Assembly (NCBI GenBank): GCA_024704765.1
Contig: JAKMXF010000308.1
Coordinates: 384,800-448,799 of the forward strand
Length of the DNA: 64,000 nt
Reading direction: 5' to 3'
From: Oopsacas minuta
Lineage: Eukaryota > Animalia > Porifera
Shown piece by piece: positions 11,296 to 22,736 of this stretch (positions are counted from its first letter, which is position 1; every line of letters starts with the position of its first letter). A model generated the notes under the pieces. That model saw nothing but the letters and a program-made list of their open reading frames with translations. It made no database searches and was not told where the DNA came from. Both the position numbers and the translations under genes were made by a program.

Positions 11296-12110
11296 CCGGA
11301 TGGGCCAAAAAACAAAACCCTAAGTAATTTTAGGTCACTCTGCTTTATGCCTTTTGTACTAATGAAATAGTATATTAGGATATGGTAGATACGTCTCTTA
11401 GTAGCCGTAATTGCAAGCAGTGGAGCACAGAGAAGCGGATATACTGTGCCTAGCTCGGCAAGTTACATTCTTACAATGCTGTACAGACCAAATTTTCACA
11501 AGATTTTAAGCAGCCAAAAGCACCCAGCAAATCCATTATCTTTGGATGGATCACGAAATTTGAACAGGAGGGCACTGTTAAGAATCTCAACTCTAAATTA
11601 GATAGTCGTCTGAGCCACTCCTCAGGGAGGAAGAAGATCCGTACAGATGAAGTTATCGAAGCCATTCGTCAGTCGGTTCTTCACTCCCAAAGAGGTCGGC
11701 AAGAAAGACGTGTCAATTAATTGGCTTATCACGTACTACACTTCGCAGGGTTCTTTATGATGACTTAAGACTATATGCATACCTTATACAGATACACCAG
11801 AAACTCGCAAATGCCGACAAGGTGAAGAGATTTGAGATGGCTAAGTGGTTACTCACTAAGATTGAGACATCAAAGACCTTCTTGGACTATCTCTGGACAA
11901 CGGATGAGGCTCATTTTCATCTTGATGGGCAGGTGAAATCTAGAAACAACGTCTACTGGGGTTCAGAACGATCAACATAAGTGACAGAAAAACCCCTACA
12001 TTCTCAGAAGGTCACAGTTTGGGCTGCATTCTCAATGAAAGGGGTAGTTGGTCCGCTGTTCTTCGAGGAGCAAGAAAAGACTGTGATGATTAACACCAAC
12101 CGTTACCTTA
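11296..12110 (+). mobile_element. Tc1/mariner fragment, DD41D (Visitor/rosa)-like, 5' half only
   Basis: TA then CCGGATGGGCC left end, ATG near 11382, motifs WTTDEAHFHLDGQVKSRNNVYWG and PLHSQKVTVWAAFSMKGVVGPLFFE. It is truncated before the second D, so spacing is not verifiable. Confidence 0.65.
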
Positions 12111-12211
12111 ACTACTAAGTCTATCTATTATAAATACACCTCTTTATAATTATTTTCACTTTTATTTTTATTTTTAACTCATTTTTTGTATTTCTCGTAT
12201 CTTTTTGAAAT

Positions 12212-13348
12212 ATGAATGTCAAAGATCATGGTGTGTCCATTCGCCTGGAAGCAATTGCCATGTTGAAAACTGGAATTGAGCAGAAGATTCTAGCTTCAAG
12301 GCTAGGTGTCGGTTTGAGGTCGATACAAAGGTGGTGGCATAACGAGTAACATGGAAAAGACCGAAATACTAAATTCCTTCCTGGTAGTATTCCAACCGTG
12401 AAAAAGGTCTGCAAGATAGCCATCTCAAAATCTCTAGGGAAGAGGGGGAAGTCAACACGTAAACTTACACGTATTCTCAATGGTAAGGGATATTCTATCT
12501 CGCATTTGCGTATATATCGCTATTTGACCAATTCTTTGGAGTAAAATCATTCAAACGTCCTAACATATCTCGGTTGACACAGAAAATGAAGGATAAACGC
12601 CTCCAGGTCGCTAAAGATCACATAAATTCGACAATTGGTGACTGGAAAAAGGTGTGGTGGTCAGATGAATCACCTTTCCAAGTATTCTTCATGCTAAATC
12701 ATCAAAACGATCGATCTGGGCTCGGAATTCATATAACATTGGACCTATAGTTCAGATGAAATTCCCACAAAAATCCAAGTCTGAGGTATAATGTCTCACA
12801 GGGCTCTCTCAGGATTACACATCATTCCTCCGAAACAAACGATAAATGGAGCCTACTATCGAGATAATATCTTAGCCAAGACGTGTAGTGATGCTACAAA
12901 CAGAACTGCAAATATAGGTTCTATTCTGGAGGGATCAATGCTTGCTGACATGTCTGATTTCCTATTCATGCAGGATGGTGCCCCTCCTCACACTGCGAAT
13001 TTGACACAGAGATGGTTTGTAGAACACTTTCCTCGGTTTCAGAGGAAGGTTGAGTTGCTGGGTAACTCGCAAGATTTAAACCCGATTGAAAACCTCTGGT
13101 CAATGTTGAAAGATTGTGTTGGACAAATGGCAAATGCTACTAAGCTGGAAGACTTAATTCTACAAGTCAAATCCGCATGGGCTGACATTGACCCTGATAT
13201 TCTAGAATTTGGTTTGTAGTATGCCAGCTAGGATACAACTTGTATTAGATAGGAATGGTGGTAATATTGACAAATAATTGGAAAAATACTCGATAACGGA
13301 AATTCTATTTACATTTTACTGACCCGCTAAGACATATGATACACCCTG
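12212..13348 (+). mobile_element. Tc1-like DD37E (TRT-type) transposase relic with right TIR; left TIR missing
   Basis: Motifs WWSDESPF and QDGAPPH...DLNPIENLW, with 37 residues between D and E by my count. The end ..GATACACCCTG is followed by TA at 13349-13350. Confidence 0.8.
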
Positions 13349-15471
13349 TATATAGATATTAAGCGTATTAAACCATACATATGCGTTTATCAAGTCAATT
13401 GAGGTATATATCAGTAGTACGAATCTAGATACAACATAAAATTTGAGAATTTGATGTTTCATTTATTTTAACATACCATAAAACATATCTTTAAGATTAT
13501 AAAATATTGTTGATTTAGTTAACCATAACGATTAATCTTATTTTGTATATGAATAACCTTACTCAGTTTGGCGGATGCTCAATTTGGACGGTAACATACA
13601 GATATCTATATTCATAAGACGCAATTAATCTATGTATGTTTGTGTATACGATATATATTTGCTTGTATGTCTAGAATTGATTGAAGAAACTGGAATACTC
13701 TCAGGGCTGACTATTTGCATACAAGGGTATTTCTGACCTGGTTGGGACAATTTCGAGTCTTGGAGGAAAATTGATACAAATGAAGATATTTTGACATCAT
13801 TGTCACCTTTTTGTTTTCTAAGAATCACAATATTTACCACTATTCATTCAATATACATTATTGAAGTTTGAAATTTAAATCACTGGTACCCCTCAATGTG
13901 GCAAATGTCCTGATTTCATGATTCTGGATAAATGCAAATTCATTATGGGATAATCACGTCATCATGACTGTACAAAAGTATCCAATTTTCCAAATTTCGG
14001 ACAATGTCACATTTTCTTAATTGCCCGAGTGCCTAGATTACTAACCAAAAGCGATATAGCATCCCCAGTCTCAGCACAGAAGGCGCTTGAATCAAGTAAA
14101 TATTTTGCCATTTTCTCTTAGTCCTTATTTTCTCATTTTTATCTTTCTTTTCAACTCTTCACCAAGTCTATTACTTTAATGGACTTTTTTCAGAGCTATG
14201 ATCCTATACATTCTGAAGTATATGTTTCCCTTTTGTATATTGAAGGTAATTCACAGATGAACATTACTTATTTTATATGTCTTATGGCACTAGTATCCCG
14301 GGATTGACAACGCTACTTCTGATTAACGAACACTTTGAACCATTAAGTATAGAATAGGACACTAAGAGCAACACCTATTATCATGGAACACCTCCATATT
14401 AGGAAATTGTTTCAGCTGTCCCCAAAGTGTTCCCTTATTGGAGGTTTACTGTAATGCTTTTATATAGGTGAGTTTACAAAGTTTCACATTTCTAAACTAT
14501 TCAACTAGCATAATACATGTCAGTGGGAACAGTTGTTAGTAGAATAAAATAGTTCCTTTGAGAAATATATTCAAGTGACCACATAAACTACGGGAAATTT
14601 TTCACTTATACGAGTATCAACTTATATACTCGTCTAGGTTGATTTTTTTAATAGTTCTTGGAATTGAATTTGTTCCCAGATTGACCACATATTGGGTAAT
14701 ATTCCCTGACAATAAATCACAAAATGTTCTTATAATAATATATGCCTTTAGTAATATGAGTCACTTAAAAAATTATGAAGAGATTCAAGGATAAGTATAT
14801 TAAGATTGAGTTTCTTTCGATTTCATATGTAGTAACCCATGAATTGTTTGGGCTGGAGGAAATATTTGGAGCTAGTAGGGATGATGAACAACTTTTGGTT
14901 ATTATTTTGCATGGCCTAAATTTGTAGAAACAGCTATACCTTGCTAAGAAATACTCTTTTGATAGTGTGCCACACTTTGGTTCGCAGTGAAGCAAAAAGT
15001 AGGGCGACTGACTCTCAAAACGGCAACCCTCAAGTCTATACATATATCTATAGGATATTAATTGCGAATTCCAATCTCGGTATTAGGTTTGTCCAAAGGT
15101 TCTACATTTGAGGTTAATTTCAGGCCAATTTCAGGTCTTCTAACAATTAATTGAGTGTAGTTAATCAACTGAGGAATGGGGGAACTATACACTAACGGAA
15201 GTATAGATATATTGTCACTTTTCACTTGGGATTTATTTTGACCAGAGCCTAATACATTGAAGATTTATCATGGAAGTAATTCAATTCAATTTTCGAGGTA
15301 ATTAAGTGGCGGGATTACCAAGGTAAGATTATCAGAGAAGAAAGAATACCGTAAATTCCCAAAAGCCTGAAAATGCTCTGAATTACTTGCAAATGACCTG
15401 AATTGTCATCAAAATGACCTGAAAGTGACCCGACTTTTAGACAAGTCGGCCCGAGATCCCGAATTTCAATC

Positions 15472-16275
15472 TACATCTATATTATTAAAACTCAATTTTT
15501 GTGGCTGTGGGTGTTTGTTTGTCAGTACAATTTGTATATTATAATAATAGTGAAGATGATCTGCGTGTATATTATAAGGAATAACATTCCTTCGGCTGAC
15601 GATAAATAAAAAATAAACAAATAGTTGAAATTTCTATGTATATTTTGAGTCCGCTGAATCCCAATTCCCATTTTCAAGTTTCTCTCTTGTAAACTTATTT
15701 TTCTTATGAATATACAGTAAACAGATAGTTTAAATCTCGAAATATTCTTAGAAACCTGCTCCTAATAGGTATATTGGGGTAATCAAGAACGTGGATTCAA
15801 AATATGATATTTTCAACTCCATATTGTAAATATTTGTTCTTGTTTAGGTCAATTTTCTAAATCATGTACAATACATCCTTTCATTAGTTATCCTATGTCA
15901 ATCGAGTAAGTTGATTCCAAATATGTTATTTTCAACTACGTATTGTGAATATTTGTTGTGATACGTCGGGTACGCTGATTCTAAATGTGATCTTTTCAAT
16001 TACTTGTTGTCAGTATTTGTTCTTTTCTTTTATTTAACAACCCCTTGGCTACAGATATATCTCTTGGAGTTTCTTTATAATTAGAATATTTCGAGTCAAT
16101 ATTCAAAATTTATACGTGGGGCGCACGTTTATTCGGATCCCAAAAAATGTAATTTATATGATATTAATTTCCTATATGTGCTGCTACTTTTCAATTTGCA
16201 TAATTCGAGGTATGAAGTGTCGAGCCCCATACGAACCACAGACTGTTCGCAAGCTTCGCAGCGCGAGCTCTTATA
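15472..16275 (+). mobile_element. Helitron-like non-autonomous repeat (tentative)
   Basis: 5' TCTACATCTATATTATTAAAACTCAA followed by a TGTTTGTTTGTC tract; GC-rich hairpin-like 3' part (16205-16270). A related copy lies on the minus strand at 20780-21235. No canonical CTRR end confirmed. Confidence 0.35.
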
Positions 16276-17364
16276 CTACTAAAACGCTATTAATCTATAA
16301 ATGTGTAAATACAATCAACATTCGGTAACTCGAACGTCTGAGGAAATCAAAATCGGTTTGATTTTACAGATGGCCTCGATTTAAGGTCCCGATTTCCATG
16401 CGACACTTTGCAAATGAAGAGCTGAAACTTTACTGCTTGATCAATTTTTTTTTGTACTTTTCATAAATGCAAAATAATTAATGATATGCTAGAAACTTAA
16501 CATCCCTTAATTCGACCCTGATTATCTTTCCGAACAATCGAATGTTCTAGTTAACTGATGCGATAAATACCAAAGTTCAACGAAGGGAAGTAACTATTCG
16601 TTCGAGATAACGATTGTTCAAGCTAACGGGCATTCAATTTACCTGATGACTGTATATATGCTAGCGCACTTCGCTTGTTAGGTTGCTGGGTAGTAGCTTA
16701 CTCCCTCATGTTTACTAAAGAATTAGACATCTAAATATCATATGCTTTTGGTCGCTAAGCATGGTATACTCAAAATTTTGGGAAATTTCGCTGTTTTAGT
16801 ACAGTCATGATAAGTTAATTACTTCATGATGAGTTGGCATGGCATTTTCTCACAATCATGACTCCTGGAAATTTAGCTTTGAGGGGCGTTTGTAGTTTAA
16901 TTTTCAAACTTCAATAGTGTATATTGCGTGGGCAGTGGCTGATAACTTGATATTTCAAATATCCAATGAGGTGACATTACGTCATAATTCCTTTATGTGT
17001 GAGTTTTGTTCCAAGACTCAAACTTTCCAAGTCAGGTCTAAAATACTCCTCTATGCCACAAAGTAGTACTGGGGTCCAGTTTCTCCAATCACCTTTCGTA
17101 TCACAAACCACAACTATGTCACAAGAATTTTCACTTAGTAACAATTTCGTGAATTTTAATGGCACAATCCAAAAAAATCAGACCTTCTCTATTTCACTTA
17201 ACGGAGCGACATTTGTTATTCAAATTTACGGAACGTAATGTAGCAGAACGGCCAGTCTACACCAGAGGTTGTCACGAAAATTTTTGCCTCTCTGACTTTG
17301 TTTTGTTCCAGACACACTTTCATCCCTTGTTTAGACACCAGCTTGGCATCTATCCCGCGGGGAC

Positions 17365-17820
17365 CAATTTTCCGATTACTGCCACACATATCTGGCATAA
17401 GATGGTAATATTCATTATACATAATATGCTCAATGGAAGAACCTTTTGACCTTACTTCAGCTCGTACTCACCGCGTATCTAACCTACCCGTTTGCGGGTT
17501 CTCAACCTAAGCCCTGAAATTCTTGTTATTTATGCTGTTGATTTGACTTTGTTTCTTGTCCAACTATTTAATCTAAAATGTGTGAATTTATATGGTTATT
17601 ATCATCTGTTGCCATAATTATCATTAGACTAGCTTGTTTCTCCCATCCCAGTTGTCACAAACACAATTTATTCATAAGGAATGAATGGTTTATTAACTAC
17701 AATTCCAGCCAGTAGATTGAGTACGAGCTGAACTAAGGTCAAAAGATTCGTTGTGTTTATTATCATGAATATTACCATCTTATGCCAGATAAGTGGATGT
17801 GTGGCCGGCACTGGAAAATG
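17365..17820. repeat. Foldback/MITE-like element with about 100-bp inverted arms
   Basis: ATCTGGCATAAGATGGTAATATTCAT and TTTTGACCTTACTTCAGCTCGTACTCA (about 17390-17470) are mirrored at about 17720-17790. Confidence 0.7.
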
Positions 17821-18139
17821 ATTACTTTCGGACATTAGACTGTTGTATGACCATTTACTTACCTTGACGGTTTATTTATCTCTATTACGTGATCATTGAT
17901 ATTTTCTATCCATGACAGTTTACTTACCTTTAGCCTTTTCTAATATTTCTATCGACTATGGCTTCATAATTTATAATTCTTAATACAAATCTACTGATTC
18001 GGTTTACAATATATGCATACACGTTATCAACAATTTCAAAGAATTTTACTTCTACTTCGAATCATCTCTTCTAAAATAATCATATCATTAAAAGTATACC
18101 AATTATTGAGGTAAGGATTTCTGCTATGAATTAGATCAA

Positions 18140-18700
18140 AAATAACGGTTCATAGTGGTAAGATCTGTTTCATAAACACAGAGGAGCATTGCTGTAATAA
18201 TGGAGGTCAGAGCAATAACCACTTGCAATGACATTCGTTTTCTCGATATCAGAGTGTCTATTACAAATTAATATGTTAGCATCTAGCATTTAGAAAAAGC
18301 GACAATCTCAACATCTGACCTTAGGCACTATTAGCATCCGTTAGAGATTAGCTTAAATATGTTCTCGGTACGTTACTTTCGAGTTTTCTCTCAAGGTATC
18401 GTGAAATATTGCTTGCTCCCTCTAACAATAATGCAACAAATTCTCCTCTATAATTTTTGAAAAACTAACTTGAGACCCAGTCAAAATAGCTGATAAGGCA
18501 CGAAACGAACAATTTCCATTTACCACAATCTGCCAACATCATAGATCGACTTTACTATATAACAAATTGATAGTTTAAGTTTGTGGGCACCTACGTAGAA
18601 TTTCTAACCATTGACAAAAGTTGACTGCAATAGTTCCATCGTGTATGGTGGGCTTTAGTCTCTTGTTTCCATTATCACAATTTATAATTTACCAAATAAT
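18140..18700 (-). pseudogene. OTU-like cysteine protease domain relic
   Basis: NGNCSFRALSAILTGSQ (about 18470-18520), SDVEIVAFS and YHYEP (about 18145-18160) give the OTU Cys and His motifs in the expected order. Many stops. Confidence 0.65.
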
Positions 18701-20779
18701 GAATACAAAAAGTTACTAAATGATTCGTGAATAGAAATAAATAACAAATGAAACTATCTGAGCTACCCAGGGGAGTTACCTGTGTAGAGAGTTTACTCAA
18801 ACTTCTATAATTATGTCATAGTTTCGTGAAATAGCTCACCACAAAACTCCAAAACTTTAGAATTATTACTACTCTTGGAGAAAATATATTGTTTGAAGAA
18901 ACTGGAAGACCCCCAGTGCTGATTTTGGAGAAGATGAGTTATTTGGGCCTGCTTGGACAGGTTTGAGTATTGAAAGATATTTCACACCTACGATGAAATT
19001 ATGACGTCATTGTCACTTTATTGATTTTCAAAAGTCACATTATTTACCATTGCTCTGCCAATATACATGATAAATGGTTGAAATTTGAATTACAGGTACC
19101 CTTAAAGTGCCACACGTTCTCCCTTCATGAGTTCGACAGAATCCAGACTCATCATGGGATTCTTACATCATCATGACTGCACAAAATATTAAAAATTTCC
19201 CGAATTTCGATATCTTTGACAATTTACTAATACTCGATGCACGAAGTGCCCTTATTACTAGCCAAATGCCACAGCAGCCGCAGTAGTCCACCCAATGCCA
19301 TTGGAATTTGGATGTACCATGGATAATGTAACTGTATTTCCACCATGAATTTTACCTCGAAGAACATAGTGCTGATAAATCCGGTCATGTAGCGACCAAA
19401 AGCATTAAGATATTTGCTGTTGTAATACATCGTTAATTTGAGGAACTAAGCGGTCGCGCAGCGGCCTAGCCAGCGAAGCTTACTATTTGTGCTTGTAAGT
19501 TTGAATTGTAGAAATGAGAATGTTGTACATGAAGTTATCATATAAAAATTTTTATTTTTTCCCATTTTGAAAGTTTTCGAAAGCATTATCTAGTTAATAG
19601 TAGTAAAACCTTTGAAATCAAATATTTACAAATGTATCGTAAACTTAAACATGTTTTCTGATTGGGGATCTACAATACAACGGAGTCGGAAAGGAAGTAT
19701 TTGCTGGGCCCATTGAGTATATTTTCAAAGTAAAATTTACGGGTATTCCCAAGTTTGGAAAATTAGGACTAGAATATTAGAGTCCATAGTTCTCCGGATA
19801 AGGCGTCCACCGGCAGAATCATACCTTACGCTGACCGACCTGCGATTCAAAATACTTGACAGCCTTCGAATATGGTATTTAGCTACTTAATTGTCAGGGG
19901 TTTGGCTTACTGCTTTGGCTAGGACCGCTATCGGCCGATTCGTTACATCTCGGAATACTAAATATACAGCTGCACGCCAATTTTGGAATCTTACCCTCAT
20001 TCCATCTTAGCGTACTATTGTGACAACAGTGTGTCGTGCCTATGAGCCGCAAATTCCCTCCAATTTCAGAGATTATAATCATGATTTAGATATATCTCGT
20101 CTTTCATAATGGCCTGGCCTGTTTACAGGGGTGCAGATGGGTCCCTCTCACTCTCGTGATCTATAGTGATGAAAGAACCATCTCAAATCACAATTTCTGA
20201 CAAGATATATTCCACAAATTTCTTCAGTGGAATATTGAAACTATATAATTTCACTAAATATCCATTTAGCAGAAATGTGCAAGAATATTCGTGTTATTTA
20301 TAAGATACACACACACACACATAAGATAATGTATGCCTTACGAGTCGTTCCCGCCCCTCGTAAAGAGGCTGGCTGCGCCCCTGCCTGTAATTAATATTCT
20401 ACTAATTACTTTTGAAGATTCATTATTTGCTTGGTTAAACCGAATAGTTCAATATTTGGCTCAACCGACACAAATGGACGAAATTCTGTTCCTTTTAAGC
20501 ATCAGTATCCGGTAAGACAGCAATCACTGAACAGATGTATGAGTTTCTTTGAAAAGTTAGTTTCCAAATCAATAATATTCCGTAGAAACAAGCATAAAAT
20601 ATCCGAATGTTTTTGGCCGATTTCAGTGATACTTGTAAAATTTAGTTTCATTCCCCAGCACAAAATCCAAGTTGCAAAGAATTGGATATTTTGTATACGA
20701 AATAATCTCCAACGTTAATATTATTGGTGTTGAGATTGAATAACCAATGATACATCTCAGGGCATATAGTGAAAATATA

Positions 20780-21235
20780 TACCTACGAGCCTTTGGCTCA
20801 TCGCTTCGCGAGGAACTCGGCGCAATGCGCCTCGAGGTATTCAACGGACAAACTAACAGACAAACAACGATTGAGATTTAATGATGTTGTTTCCAATATT
20901 CAGACTCAGCATATTCGATTACCCCAGTACAGTCGTTGAAAGTATGATTCTACCTCAATTTTGAAATATGTTTATTTTATATTCCTAAAAACAAGAATAA
21001 ATTTACATATGATTGATTCAAAAGTGTGAAAATCGGATTCAGCATGTTCTGTCTATTTAGTCAAGTTTTATTGAATTATATTTACTTCCTTGATAAACAC
21101 GATGCATATATAGTTATGAGACAATTTCTAAATTGCATACCTTAAATCCTTTCCTTGACAACTGACAAACAAACAAACAGACAGACTGACTGATGAACAA
21201 CAATTGAGATTTAATAACATAGATTTGATCTACAC
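20780..21235 (-). mobile_element. Helitron-like non-autonomous repeat, same family as 15472-16275 (tentative)
   Basis: Minus-strand ATCTATGTTATTAAATCTCAATTG, a GTCT/GTTT microsatellite and a GC-rich hairpin-like end. The 5' block is partly duplicated near 20845-20880. Confidence 0.35.
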
Positions 21236-22736
21236 AAGAATCTTTCACAGGTAATAACAAACAAGTCAAGGTATGTAGTGTTTCGGAAATTATTGCAGTG
21301 GCCATGGCCGCGGCAATCGGGGCGTTTTGGACGCCCTGCAATATGTATATTATTTGTGCTAACTTTCAGCAATCCGATAATTCGTCCCTGAGATGAAACT
21401 ACTCTTCTGTTTATGACACACGTAATACATATGGTAAGAAAGGCCCCCACTTATATACCGCTCTTGATGAGTTTACATGAAATAAATGTAATATAAATTG
21501 ATACAAAGAAACTGATAGTCATTTGTGAAGATATCCTATAATTCAGTCGAGTTTTGGCATTTGTTCCACTTGTGGCACAAACAGAAGAGTAGCTATATCT
21601 CTTCGAGGAATGATCGCATTGCTTTGAAAATTAGCACAAATGATATCTATATTGTATTCCCCTTCTGAATAAAGAACTCTTTCACGATACATTTGCAAAT
21701 ATTTATATTCCAAGTTTTATTATTCTAGTTAACTAGATAAGGAAATTAAAACATTTTGAAAATGGCAAATGAAACAAATTGTGATTGCATTTGACAAAGA
21801 TGATGACGCCATAATATTTTGCACAGTGAAGGGTAACTGTGATTCATCTTTCAAACACCTAGCATATAAATTTGTTGATTAGTGGCTGATAATGTGATTT
21901 TCAAAAGTCCCAAAAGGGGACAATTATATCATCTTTCCGTCATGGGTGTGAATTTTGTTCCACTACTCAAACTTGTCCTAGCCAGGCCAAAATACCCACG
22001 TCTACCAAAAATCAGCCTTGCTGTTTTCCTGTTTCTTCAATCAATTCTGAACATCAATACTCAACAAATTTGCATTTCTTGCTGGCGAACCTAAGCCACC
22101 AAAATATGAAATGGTAGCAATTAGTCACCATTTCACTCGTTTTTCGAGACACATTGCATATCTCTATGTAGAATCTAAATATTTGGTAGCTAACGCCACC
22201 AAACCACCTAATTCATCGAGGACTGCTGAATATACAAACATTTATAGTCAAATTAGTCTATAAGGGCCACCGAAAGTACTTGCCTATAGTAACCATATTG
22301 TGCAGGAGGCCGCTATACAGAGGCAGACGTATATTAATCTAGATAGATTAATCGAGTTTTTACAGTATAGACTGGCGTGTTTAGCTTGCTAGGTAGCTGC
22401 GCGACATTTTAGTGCCCCAGGTTAGCTTAAGTATGAAACGGCTAAATTTCTTAGTGCATTTGGCCGCTACGCGACTGGGTATACTCGATCCTTTGTGCCT
22501 CGAATGTATTTAATAGCGGAATTTTTATGATTTGATTATCCATGGTCCATCAAAATTAGTTTTAGGGGCCAGGCCGCTGCTACTGGTGGGGTCCAGGTTA
22601 TTTACCTGGGGCACGCTAAATTTCAGTAGGGGCACAGGCCCTACCTGGCCTCATCCTCGCGTCCCGTCTTCTTCAATGGTGACTCTGGAGGTACTACGTA
22701 ACTATTGATTAATAATCTCGGCAGTTGGTGCCGTAG

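Noticed and set aside
14037-14244. Two micro-exons (LLTKSDIASPVSAQKALES; SYDPIHSEVYVSLLYIE) around an approximately 95-nt GT-AG intron
   Set aside because: The phases are incompatible: joining them gives an immediate stop. No homology was recognised.
16977-17240. LINE AP-endonuclease gene
   Set aside because: Only one weak motif and no reverse transcriptase nearby; kept only as an unassigned note.
21371-21434. Exon with good-looking splice signals (CTAACTTTCAG ... ATG|GTAAGA)
   Set aside because: All three frames contain stops; at best it is a non-coding exon and there is no support for that.
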